From an uncultured Rickettsiales bacterium (lineage in GTDB: Bacteria > Myxococcota_A > UBA796 > UBA9615 > CAYRNR01), in assembly GCA_964558555.1 (NCBI GenBank), contig CAZLEO010000005.1, positions 10,968 to 74,967 on the forward strand: a stretch of 64,000 nt of DNA. Reading direction: 5' to 3'. The translations under genes were made by a program, and so were the position numbers. Numbering within the stretch: the first letter of the stretch is position 1; each line of letters begins with the position of its first letter. The notes below the pieces were generated by a model. It did no database searches, had not been told where the DNA came from, and saw only the letters and a program-made list of their open reading frames with translations. Below are positions 27,240-36,212 of the stretch, one piece after another.

Positions 27240-29374
27240 CCCCCGAACCCCACGCGCGGGCTCGACGGCCGCCGGTATCCCAGCTCCTGTTGCAGCTCGT
27301 CGGCGAGGACCTCGGGGCTGGACTCGCCGTGAATCTCCGCGCCCCGGCGGACCGCGGCGAAGTCGCCCGGCGTCAGCCCGTCCAGCGCCGCGATCCGCGG
27401 ACGCAGCCTGTCCAGCGCCCCCGCACTCGGTTCGATCGCCAGCTCGCCCAGCACACGCTCGAACATGCGCCAGCGCTGCTCGCCCGTGAGCGGATCGAAC
27501 CGCACCTTGATCGCGAAGCGTCGGAACACCGCCTGGTCGAGGTCGTCGATGAGGTTCGTCGCCGCCACGAACACCCCGTCGAATGCCTCGATCCCCACCA
27601 GCAACTCGTTCACCTGGGTGACCTGCCACGACGCCCTGGCGAGGCGGCGGTCGCGCAGGAAGGAGTCGGCCTCGTCCAGCAGCAGCACGCCGCCGTCGTC
27701 CCGAGCCTGCTCGAACATGCCGGCGATGGCCATCTCGGTCATGCCCACGTAGGGGCCGAGCAGATCCGAGGCGCGGCGGACCAGCAGCGGGCGGTCCAGG
27801 GTCCGAGCGAGCTCCCCCGCCCACATGGACTTACCCACTCCGGGCGGGCCGTAGAGGCACACCGATCCCCGCGCCCCACGGACCAGCCCCTGCGTCACCG
27901 CGGTCAGATCACACGAGGTGTTGACCAGCGCGTGGTCGAACCTACCGCTCGCGACCGCCCGAGGCGGTCGGGCGCGATGCCCCCGGGCCCGCAGGCTGCC
28001 GTCGACGATGCGCTCGAACGTGTCCTCGGCGATCGCGGCGTCCGAGGGCGCGATCCCGCCGAGGACCGCCGCCGCCCGTGCGATGTCCGCTGGCGCCAGC
28101 CGTTCATCCTCGGCGACCTCGTCGAGCCAGCGGTCGCGCACGGGCGCCTTGACGAGGGCGCGGCGGAGCATCTCGCGCCGCACCGACCGCGGCGGCTTGC
28201 GCACCTCCACGACCAGGTCGAAGCGCCTCACCACCGCGGGATCCATCTGGTCGATGCGGTTGCCCATCCACACCGTGGGGACGGGGTTGGTCTCGATCAG
28301 CCGGTTCACGAACGCCTTCTGGCGACTGCCGTTTTTCTGGGCCAGCAGGTGGATGTCGTCGAGGAAGATGTCCTCGAGCTCGTCGAAGAGCACGACCACG
28401 CCGCGGCGATCGCGCAGGATCTGCTGGCGCAGACGGTACGACGACAGCCGGGCCGTCCGCCCGGCGGCCTCCCCCCCCAGCGTCACCTCCGGGACCTCGA
28501 AGGCCCGCACACCGAGGTGTGTCGCCAGGGCACGAGAAATCTGGGTCTTTCCCACGCCGGGATCACCGAAGAGCAGCACGTTGACCCCCGGACGCCCCTC
28601 ACGCGTGGCTGCAGCGAGGTAGTCGCACAGGGTCTCGACGTCGCGGCGCAGGTGGGGGAACCGTTCCAGGGGCACCTCGGGCGGAGGAGCCTCCTGGAGC
28701 AGGCGCGCCTCGAGCTCGGTCGGAGACGTCGCCTCGTTCTCCAGGGCTGCCTGGAGCTGGTCCGTCAGGGCCAGGTGGATGTCCGTCGAGTACAGCGAGT
28801 ACTCGACCTCGATCAGGCCGGCATTGAGCAGCGTCCCTTCGGGGCGCAGCGCCGCCGAGATCTCCTTGGCCGGACGGGAGAGCATGATCGAGGTCATCTC
28901 GACCAGCCCGCGGACACCGTTGCGGCCCAGCTCGCCGTAGGACTGCAGGCAGCTGTTCACCCCCGGCTCCACATACGCCATCGCCGCCAGGGCGAAGATG
29001 TCGCGATCCACACCACCCAGCTGCAGGGCGTCGGCGAGCCACTGGGCGTTGCGCTCCACCGTGGCCAGCGCATCGCCACGGGCGCCGGCCGGCAGGAGGG
29101 GGAGCTCTCCGCGGGAGGCCAGCCTCTCCAGCTTCGACAGGCGCCGCGCCACCGCGCGCCGGACGCGATCCGGCTCCTCTAGGGCGTCGAGGGACCGCAT
29201 GTCCACGCCTGCGGTCAGCCAGACCTCGAGGCGCAGGGCGTGCCGGGGGCCGCTGAGGATGCGGCACAGCTTCTCGTGGTGGATCGCCCGCAGGATCCAC
29301 AGGGCGATCCGATGCAGCCCGCCCTGCCAGCGAATTCGAGTCTGGACACCCTTGCTCCTGGTCTTCGCGGCCAT
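27236..29374 (-). CDS. tandem AAA+ ATPase (two AAA modules; the second is classic AAA with SRH)
   Basis: VNVLLFGDPGVGKTQ followed by VVVLFDELEDIF; then VCLYGPPGVGKSM followed by VLLLDEADSFL and VFVAATNLIDDLDQAVFRRF. The start is taken at ATG 29374 (MAAKTRSKG) with GGAG upstream; an alternative GTG lies at 29392. Confidence 0.8.
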   Translation of the reverse strand: MAAKTRSKGVQTRIRWQGGLHRIALWILRAIHHEKLCRILSGPRHALRLEVWLTAGVDMRSLDALEEPDRVRRAVARRLSKLERLASRGELPLLPAGARGDALATVERNAQWLADALQLGGVDRDIFALAAMAYVEPGVNSCLQSYGELGRNGVRGLVEMTSIMLSRPAKEISAALRPEGTLLNAGLIEVEYSLYSTDIHLALTDQLQAALENEATSPTELEARLLQEAPPPEVPLERFPHLRRDVETLCDYLAAATREGRPGVNVLLFGDPGVGKTQISRALATHLGVRAFEVPEVTLGGEAAGRTARLSSYRLRQQILRDRRGVVVLFDELEDIFLDDIHLLAQKNGSRQKAFVNRLIETNPVPTVWMGNRIDQMDPAVVRRFDLVVEVRKPPRSVRREMLRRALVKAPVRDRWLDEVAEDERLAPADIARAAAVLGGIAPSDAAIAEDTFERIVDGSLRARGHRARPPRAVASGRFDHALVNTSCDLTAVTQGLVRGARGSVCLYGPPGVGKSMWAGELARTLDRPLLVRRASDLLGPYVGMTEMAIAGMFEQARDDGGVLLLDEADSFLRDRRLARASWQVTQVNELLVGIEAFDGVFVAATNLIDDLDQAVFRRFAIKVRFDPLTGEQRWRMFERVLGELAIEPSAGALDRLRPRIAALDGLTPGDFAAVRRGAEIHGESSPEVLADELQQELGYRRPSSPRVGFGG

Positions 29375-29422
29375 GGTCCGTCTCCGCTTCACCCTGGGTT
29401 CGGACCTAGCGTAGCCGCGCTA

Positions 29423-29441
29423 TTGGACACATAATGTCCAA
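29423..29441. promoter_or_regulatory. perfect inverted repeat TTGGACA-cataa-TGTCCAA in the divergent promoter region; candidate WYL-regulator operator
   Basis: tattggacacataatgtccaaaac is a 7-bp perfect inverted repeat with a 5-nt spacer containing CATAAT. It lies between the AAA+ operon start and the WYL gene start at 29460. Confidence 0.5.
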
Positions 29442-29459
29442 AACGAATGGAGTGTCCCC

Positions 29460-30389
29460 ATGCCCCACGAAGAGAGCGTCCGTAGGAGTGTGGACGTCCT
29501 GCTCCGTGCTCAGGAGACAGGTCCTGGCGGCATACTCCTGCACGCTCTCGCCTCGGAGTGGGACGTCCACGAACGCACCGTCCGCCGCCTGGCCGCGGCC
29601 GCCGTGGAAGCCTCGGAGCGCCACACCTCGGCCGGACGCCTCGCCCGCGTCGGACGCGGCCGCACCGCTCGCCTCGTCTGGACCCCTGCCCTACCCTCCC
29701 GCGACGTGCACGCCACCGAGGCGTTGGCCTTGCTGGCCGCCACCGGTCCCTGGCGAAGTCTGGGCCACGACGACATCGCCGACACCCTCGACCGCCTCCT
29801 CGCCGCAGCCAGCCGGGACGCTCGAGCGGTGCGACGACGCGACCTGGATCGCCTCGCCCGCACCGGCTTCTGGTACCAGCCCTTCGGCCGCCGCCCCCAC
29901 CTCGATCCCGACGCCCTCGACCAGGTACTGAGCGCCCTGCTGTACAGCGCCGTCCTCCACGTGGGCCGCTACAGCTCCCCCGAAGAGCCCGCTCGCTCGC
30001 TGGATCTGGAGGTCCACAGCGTCGTCCACGCGTACGACGGCATTTACGTCCTCGGCCCCGAGATCGGCTCCGATCGCGGCCCCCAGATGTGGGCCGTGCA
30101 CCGCATGACCGATACCCGCTTCGACCGCAGCCGCCGCTACACCGTCCCTCCCGACCACGATCCCGCCACCTACCTCGGCCACGGCTACGGCCCCTTCCTC
30201 GGCACGGAGGGCGAGACCGAACTGTTCGTGCCCGACGACGAGGCCGACTACGTGATGGAGTACGAGCTGCCGTCGCAGATCGGAGCGCCCCGCCGCGTCG
30301 ACGGGGGCTGGGAGGTCACCCTGGACACCGGCGTGACGTGGGGGATGCGGCTGTGGTGCCGGTGGATGGGGGTGGAGATCGTGGGCTAG
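29460..30389 (+). CDS. WYL domain transcriptional regulator (wHTH-WYL-WCX; BrxR/CapW/PafBC-like)
   Basis: N-terminal HTH (LHALASEWDVHERTVRRL). The WYL-like core is ARSLDLEVHSVVHAYDGIYVLG...VHRMTDTRFDRS. The C-terminal WCX-like block is WEVTLDTGVTWGMRLWCRWMGVEIVG. Confidence 0.7.
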   Translation: MPHEESVRRSVDVLLRAQETGPGGILLHALASEWDVHERTVRRLAAAAVEASERHTSAGRLARVGRGRTARLVWTPALPSRDVHATEALALLAATGPWRSLGHDDIADTLDRLLAAASRDARAVRRRDLDRLARTGFWYQPFGRRPHLDPDALDQVLSALLYSAVLHVGRYSSPEEPARSLDLEVHSVVHAYDGIYVLGPEIGSDRGPQMWAVHRMTDTRFDRSRRYTVPPDHDPATYLGHGYGPFLGTEGETELFVPDDEADYVMEYELPSQIGAPRRVDGGWEVTLDTGVTWGMRLWCRWMGVEIVG

Positions 30390-30418
30390 GCGCGGCGCGG
30401 ACCTCGCTAGGCGACCGC

Positions 30419-31021
30419 TCAGCGGACGGGGATCTCGACGGTATCCGACGTGATGACGCGCCCGTCTTCGGGGACGGTCTCTCCCCGGGCCAGCGCGAGC
30501 GTGCGGTCGGGGCGATACTCCGCGTACACGCCCAGCGTGTCCCCCGATCCCATCAACAGGCCCATCATCATCGGCGAGAGGTCGGCCGTGGTCGTGAGGC
30601 TCGCCCCGGGCGCGAGCGGTGCCATGTCCGCCTCGTCCGTCGAGGGCTCGAGGCCACCGACGGTGCCCACCGGGAAGGGCTCCTGACCCGACAGGCTGAC
30701 GAACAGGCGCAGGTCGTACCCCGCCACGAAGCCCGCCCGGTGCAGCGGCACGGGCTCGGCGGTGCCGTTGGCGAAGCGGATCTTGATGGGGCACGGCTTG
30801 CCGCTGGTCATCGCGGCGCACTCGGGGATCAGCTTCAGCTCCAGGGTGTCCGTGGGCATGGGGGGGTCCTCCTGGGGGGCCGACGTCTGTGCGGGCGTCG
30901 GGGACTCGGCTGGCGGCGGGGCTTCGGTCACCTGCGGCGCCGCGGGAGTGGCGGGGCTGGACGGGCAGCCGAGCAGGTGGGAGACCAGCAGGAGCGTCAC
31001 GCAGATCCGTGGAGTGGTCAT
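30419..31021 (-). CDS. hypothetical lipoprotein (Pro/Ala-rich linker)
   Basis: ATG 31021 gives MTTPRICVTLLLVSHLLGCPSSPATPAAPQ. Confidence 0.55.
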   Translation of the reverse strand: MTTPRICVTLLLVSHLLGCPSSPATPAAPQVTEAPPPAESPTPAQTSAPQEDPPMPTDTLELKLIPECAAMTSGKPCPIKIRFANGTAEPVPLHRAGFVAGYDLRLFVSLSGQEPFPVGTVGGLEPSTDEADMAPLAPGASLTTTADLSPMMMGLLMGSGDTLGVYAEYRPDRTLALARGETVPEDGRVITSDTVEIPVR

Positions 31022-31041
31022 GGCGGCTTCCTGGCCCGGCG

Positions 31042-31836
31042 CTACCAGGCGAACGCGTCGGTCTCGGACGTGCACACCTGGGCGTCGTCCTGCGGCGTGC
31101 GATCACGGCACACACGCTGGTCGTCGTCCCACACGACGCCGCCCTCGTACGCGGCGTGGGCCTGACGCAGGTACTCCCACTCGGCGTCGGGGCCGACCGG
31201 GTTGGAGTGGTCGGAGATGGCGCCCGAGGCGGTGTTGAACACCGCAGCTGCGGCCCGCAAGACGGTGTTGTAGTTGGCCTCGGCCTCTGCGCGAGTCGCA
31301 AACCCGCCGGTGATGCCCGCGCGCACGGTGGCCTCGAAGGTGTTCCACAGCGCGGCGGTGCCGTTGATCTCGGCGATCTCGTGGGTGCGCGATCCCTCGC
31401 GGGTGTTGAACGAGTGGTCGTACGAGCCGCCCGGGAAGTCGCGGATGTGGTTCCACACCGTGTCCGAGTTGAGCCAGTACTCGAAGTCCATGTCGAACCG
31501 CGTCAGCGAGACGAACCACTCCTCGCCGCGCTTGTCGGCGCGCGCCTGGATGGTCGGCGTCCCCTCCCACCGGGCGTTGGCGCCGGACAGGGACCTCTCG
31601 CCGCCGTCGGTGGTGGTCGTGCTCGTGCCCACCACCACCGGGACCTCCACCGCGGCCTCGACCGGGCCGGGCTTCTCCTCGGTCTGCCCTTCCTCGGCGG
31701 ACTGCTGCAGCGGGTCGGTCAGGGGATCGGCGAGCTGCTGGACGGCGAGGGGATCGTCGCGGACGGCGGAGGCGCACTGCACGGCACCGGAGCTGGACGT
31801 GGCCTCGCGGCCGACGGTCGTCGTTCGGGTGTTCAC
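31042..31836 (-). CDS. hypothetical protein
   Basis: GTG 31836 sits behind GGAGGGAGGG. 264 aa with high GC3 and no signal peptide. Just upstream of lipoprotein 30419..31021 on the same strand, so the two are probably co-transcribed. Confidence 0.5.
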   Translation of the reverse strand: MNTRTTTVGREATSSSGAVQCASAVRDDPLAVQQLADPLTDPLQQSAEEGQTEEKPGPVEAAVEVPVVVGTSTTTTDGGERSLSGANARWEGTPTIQARADKRGEEWFVSLTRFDMDFEYWLNSDTVWNHIRDFPGGSYDHSFNTREGSRTHEIAEINGTAALWNTFEATVRAGITGGFATRAEAEANYNTVLRAAAAVFNTASGAISDHSNPVGPDAEWEYLRQAHAAYEGGVVWDDDQRVCRDRTPQDDAQVCTSETDAFAW

Positions 31837-31969
31837 CAGTCCCTCCCTCCGCTGCCATCCCTCTTCAACGTATCAGTCGAACAGCCCCCACACCAGAACT
31901 GCGCGCGGGGCGGGATGGGTTTCGATTACCCTGTGGGGACCCCGCATTGCGGGCGCTCCTTGGAGGCCG

Positions 31970-32722
31970 ATGATGCTTGCCCCGTCCGACTCTAGACTCG
32001 ACTTCGGCTACTCGTTCCTGTGGAGCCACGGCCACGGCCTGCTCGCCGGTGGGCTGGCCCTGCTGGCGTTTTTCCTGGTGGCATTCGGGGTGACGGGTCC
32101 GGTGATCGCGCTGTTCGCGATCCTGGCCGTCTGGGCCTGGGTGGCCTACCTGATCATTCGCCTGGGATTTCGCGCGCACCTGCCGCTGAAGATGCCGACG
32201 CCGCGGTTCATGGAGGCCAACGAGGGCGAGGTGGTCGACCTGGGCTGCGGATCGGGGCGCACGTCGATCATGGTGGGCCAGGCGCGGCCGGGCGTGAGCG
32301 TGACCGCGCTGGACAACTTCTCGGCCGACTACATCCGCAACCACGGCGAGGTGCGGCTGTTCCGCAACCTCGAGATCGCCGGGGTGAAGGACCGCGTCGA
32401 GCTGCAGCGCGGCAACATGCTGGACCTGCCGTTCGAGGAAGGGGCGTTCGACGGCGCGGTCAGCTCGTTCGCGCTGGACCACCTCAAGGGTGCCATCCCC
32501 CGCGCCCTGTCCGAGGTCCACCGCGTGCTGCGGCCCCACGGCCAGTTCCTGTTGATGGTGATCCTGCCCGACGCCTTCATGCACGTGTGCTACCCGGGGC
32601 TGGTGGCCCTGGCGTTCATCAGCCGCGATCGCTGGCTCGCGCTGTTCCGGGAGATCGGCTTCGAGATCGTGGAGGAGCAGACGAACGCGGGCGGCGGGTG
32701 GTTCTTGCTGCGGAAGGTCTAG
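31970..32722 (+). CDS. membrane-anchored class I SAM-dependent methyltransferase
   Basis: ATG 31970 follows GGAGG. Two N-terminal TM helices are followed by VVDLGCGSGRTS (motif I) and an acidic motif II. Convergent with the M28 gene; the stops overlap. Confidence 0.75.
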   Translation: MMLAPSDSRLDFGYSFLWSHGHGLLAGGLALLAFFLVAFGVTGPVIALFAILAVWAWVAYLIIRLGFRAHLPLKMPTPRFMEANEGEVVDLGCGSGRTSIMVGQARPGVSVTALDNFSADYIRNHGEVRLFRNLEIAGVKDRVELQRGNMLDLPFEEGAFDGAVSSFALDHLKGAIPRALSEVHRVLRPHGQFLLMVILPDAFMHVCYPGLVALAFISRDRWLALFREIGFEIVEEQTNAGGGWFLLRKV

Positions 32723-33735
32723 CGGTTCCAGGGCTGGGTCGCGGTGAGGTGGGCGGCGCCGGCGACCAGGGCCTGGGTCGCCTCGGCGTGGAACTCCAGG
32801 TTCAGGGTGTCGATCGTGTCGGTGGAGTGATCCCAGTGGGGGTTCTCCAGCTCGTAGTCCTCGATGATGAACATGGCGTCGTACCCTTCTGACCAGAAGG
32901 GGCCCTCGTCGCCTCACCCACAGTGGTCGTCGATGCGCGCCACCGTCTGGGTCCCCGTGTACGCCTCCACCCCCTCGAGGAAGCCGGCGGCCAGCCAGGA
33001 CATGGCGGTCTTGGTCGCCACGTCCAGGTCCTCGCCGGGCGGGCCGAACGCCACCATGTCCACGGCGATCATGCCGGTGATGTCCTCGTCGGCGGCCACG
33101 GCGTCCGCGGCGTAGGCCTCCGAGCCCACCGTGCCGATCTCCTCGTTGGTGAAGAACACGAAGTCGATGCGGGTGTCCAGGTCGCACTGGGAGAGGATGC
33201 GGATCGTCTCGAGCACGGCGGCCACGCCGCTGGCGTTGTCGTCCGCGCCCGGGGCGAGCTGAGCGCCGTTCTCGGACGTGGAGTCCACGTGGGCGCCGAT
33301 GACCAGGTGCGGCACCTCGGGCGCCAGGTCCGCGTCCACCGGCACCGTGGCGATGAGGTTGCGGTGGTTCGCGCCCGCGTGCGCGTACTGATGGAAATCC
33401 ACGTCCAGCCCGAAGTCCTCGATCTGCGTGGCCAGCTCGTCGAGGATCTGGTCCTGCTCGGCGAACCCGTCCCGACGCGGGAACGACGTGAGGTACTCCA
33501 TCGTCTCCATCATCCGATCGGGGTCCACCTCGGCCGCGGCCAGCGCGAAGTCCTCGCAGGGTGATCCGCCCGTGTCGTCGTCATCGCCAGTCACGTCGTC
33601 GTCGTCGTCGTCGCCGACCACGTCGTCGTCGTCACCCGCCGAGTCGTCGTCGTCCACATCCCCGGGGCAACCGCACATCGCGACCCCGCAGACCAGCACC
33701 CAGAGCCACAGCAAAAATCGATTCATGGCGTCCAC
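32719..33735 (-). pseudogene. M28 family zinc aminopeptidase lipoprotein interrupted by an in-frame TGA (codon about 274 of 338)
   Basis: MDAMNRFLLWLWVLVCGVAMCGC lipobox, then a poly-Asp linker, then GADDNASGVAAVLE (M28). After ...ARIDDHCG comes TGA, and the same frame continues as GDEGPFWSEGYDAMFIIEDYELENPHWDHSTDTIDTL, which carries the conserved final His (HxDT) motif. The ORF without read-through is 32914..33735. Confidence 0.6.
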
Positions 33736-33800
33736 TCCTGTCGTCCGGACAAGGTAGCATCCTATCTCGTTCAGCCGACCCCGAATCGGAGGTTCTGATC

Positions 33801-34733
33801 GTGCACGTCGCTGTCTTCGCCGACCTCGAAGGCGCCTTCGGTATCTGGCGCATGCGCCAGTGTCGGACCGGCACCGCCGAGTGGCAGTACGGCCGCGAGT
33901 GCCTCACCGCCGACGTCAACGCCGTGGTCCGCGGCGCCTTCGACGGCGGCGCCGACCGCGTCACCATCACCGACACCCACGACACCGGCTTCAACTGCAT
34001 CCGATCCCGGCTCGACCCCCGCGCCCGCTACGTGGGCGGCCACCACATCCGCCCCACCTTCTTCGGCGATCTGCGCGGCGTGGATCTGGTGCTGTACGTG
34101 GCGATCCACGCGGCCTCGGGCACGCCCGACGCGTTCTTCCCGCACACGCACTACGGGGTATTCGCCCGGTTGAGCATCAACGGCCGGGCCATCTGCGAGA
34201 TGGACCTGTACGGCGGCGTGCTGGGCGAGCTGGGGATCCCCGTGGGGTTCGTATCCGGCGAGGACATCGCCGTCGAGCAGGCCATGGAGGCGCTGCCCTG
34301 GGCCAGGTCGGTGACGGTGGACAAGCGCAGGCAGACCTACACCGGACCGGGCGCCCCCGACGTGCTGCGCAACGGCCACGCCCGCCTGGCGACCGAAGCC
34401 GCCGACGCCGTGCTCCACACCTCGACCATGCGACCGCTGATCCTCGACGGCCCCCTGCACTTCGAGGCGGTCTTCCGGACCGAGGAGTTCGCCGCGCGGT
34501 TCAACACCTGGGATTTCGACGCCGACGGCCCCGCCGTACGCTTCGACGCGCCGAACATGACCGAGGGCTTCGAGCTGCTCAACAAGCTCACGTTCTTCCC
34601 CCGCCGCATCTACCCGATCCGCCGCACGGTGCTCGCGGCGATGCGGGCCCGCCACAGCATCTCCAGCCGCTTCTTCGCGTCGGCTCCGAATCGGGAAGGG
34701 GCTCCGGATCCGGGCAACCTCCCGCGCTCCTAG
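33801..34733 (+). CDS. M55 family D-aminopeptidase (DppA-like)
   Basis: GTG 33801 is 8 nt after GGAGG. VHVAVFADLEGAFGIW matches the DppA start (MKIxISADxEGVxG). The GGADRVTITDTHDTG block is also DppA-like. Confidence 0.65.
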   Translation: MHVAVFADLEGAFGIWRMRQCRTGTAEWQYGRECLTADVNAVVRGAFDGGADRVTITDTHDTGFNCIRSRLDPRARYVGGHHIRPTFFGDLRGVDLVLYVAIHAASGTPDAFFPHTHYGVFARLSINGRAICEMDLYGGVLGELGIPVGFVSGEDIAVEQAMEALPWARSVTVDKRRQTYTGPGAPDVLRNGHARLATEAADAVLHTSTMRPLILDGPLHFEAVFRTEEFAARFNTWDFDADGPAVRFDAPNMTEGFELLNKLTFFPRRIYPIRRTVLAAMRARHSISSRFFASAPNREGAPDPGNLPRS

Positions 34734-35575
34734 CCCCCCACCCGCTCCTCGCTGAGTTCCCACACCCTCCTCGCCAGCCCCTCGTCCCGCGCCAGGGCCG
34801 AGACCTCCTCGCGCCTGCACTTGACGAAGTACTCCCCGCTCACCCCGTCCACCTCGGTGGAGCTGGCCAGGTACACCGACGTCCGCGCGCCCTTGTCCGG
34901 CCCGGGCAGGAACCACTTCATCACCGCAAAGCCGATCTCGGTGATGCCGCCGAGGTCGCCGTCGCCCCCGAAGCCCGTGTCGATCACCCCCGGATGCAGG
35001 CAGTTGGCGGTCACGCCGGTGCCCTCCTGGCGACGGGCCAGCTCCCGCGTGAACAGGATGTTGCACAGCTTGGAGCGCGCGTAGGCGTCCTTCCAGTCGA
35101 AGCGTTCGGGGTTGACCAGGTCCCCCACGTCCAGCTCCTTGACCATGGCGTACATGCCCGAGGACACCGTGACGATCCTCGCCGGGGCCGAGGCCTCGAG
35201 CAGCGGCAACAGCTCGCGGGTGAGCAGGAACGGCGCCAGGTGATTCACCGCAAAGTTCAGCTCCACCCCATCTGCCGTGGTGACCTCGCGGCCCACGCCG
35301 ACCCCGGCGTTGTTGACCAGCACGTCCAGTCGGTCCGTGGATTCGCGAATCGCTGCGGCGAGCCCGCGGACCTCTTCCATCGACGACAGGTCGGCCAGCA
35401 GCGGCTCGACCGCGTCGTTGCCCGTGACCGTCCGGATCGCCGCCACGGCCTCGTCGAGCTTGGCCCGGTCGCGGCCGCAGGCGATCACCCGCGCCCCCAT
35501 GCCGGCCAGCGCCTGGGCCGTGGATCGACCGATGCCTGAGCTCGCGCCCGTCACCACAACCACCTTGCCGTCCAT
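34730..35575 (-). CDS. short-chain dehydrogenase/reductase (SDR)
   Basis: MDGKVVVVTGASSGIGRSTAQAL is a TGxxxGxG motif. NNAG and YARSKLCNILF (YxxxK) are present. Start at ATG 35575 with a GGGAGAGG RBS. Confidence 0.85.
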   Translation of the reverse strand: MDGKVVVVTGASSGIGRSTAQALAGMGARVIACGRDRAKLDEAVAAIRTVTGNDAVEPLLADLSSMEEVRGLAAAIRESTDRLDVLVNNAGVGVGREVTTADGVELNFAVNHLAPFLLTRELLPLLEASAPARIVTVSSGMYAMVKELDVGDLVNPERFDWKDAYARSKLCNILFTRELARRQEGTGVTANCLHPGVIDTGFGGDGDLGGITEIGFAVMKWFLPGPDKGARTSVYLASSTEVDGVSGEYFVKCRREEVSALARDEGLARRVWELSEERVGG

Positions 35576-35728
35576 CGTCGCCTCTCCCGCGCTTCGCATC
35601 ATGTCCTCCTCGGCCGGTCGGGCCGTCCCCTCCCCTCCCCCCCCTGTCGAACCCGCCCCTGTAACATCGATCACCAACTGCGAGACTTCAGATCCTCGGC
35701 GGGCCCTTCCCGCAGAACGGAGCACACC

Positions 35729-36202
35729 ATGCGCGCGACCCGGCTCCCGCCATCGCTGATCGCCGCCCTCGCCCTCCTCCTGCTGGCCCTCATCGGCTGC
35801 CGCGCCCACCCCACCCCCCTCGTCGCCACCACCTCCACCCTCCCCGCCCTCACCGTCGACCTCGACGGCGACGGCCGCGACGACACCCTCCAGCCCGTGC
35901 TCCACGAGGGCTACTTCGTCCTCGAGGTCGCCTGGGACGACGGCACCACCGCGTTCATCCGCGAGGTCCCCATCCACGAAGAGGGCGAGTACCACGAGAC
36001 CACCACCGACTTCTCCTGGCTCGTCGGCTGGTCCGCCCTTCCGAACACGGGCGACGGCTACGACGTCCCCGTCCTCGGCCAGCCCGTACACTTCTCCATC
36101 CCCGCCGCCCTGGGAGACGGGGTGATGTGCAGCTCCATGGATGTGGCGGTGCTGCTGTACTACACGCCGGTGGGGTGGAAGATGGAGCACCTGGGGTTCT
36201 GA
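35729..36202 (+). CDS. hypothetical lipoprotein
   Basis: MRATRLPPSLIAALALLLLALIGCRAHPTP is a lipobox (LIGC). Confidence 0.6.
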   Translation: MRATRLPPSLIAALALLLLALIGCRAHPTPLVATTSTLPALTVDLDGDGRDDTLQPVLHEGYFVLEVAWDDGTTAFIREVPIHEEGEYHETTTDFSWLVGWSALPNTGDGYDVPVLGQPVHFSIPAALGDGVMCSSMDVAVLLYYTPVGWKMEHLGF

Positions 36203-36212
36203 GAGGTGGGGG

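Noticed and set aside
32914-32916. Selenocysteine recoding at the in-frame TGA of the M28 peptidase.
   Set aside because: No stable hairpin (bacterial SECIS) is apparent immediately downstream, and M28 peptidases are not known selenoproteins. Kept only as a low-probability alternative under the pseudogene finding.
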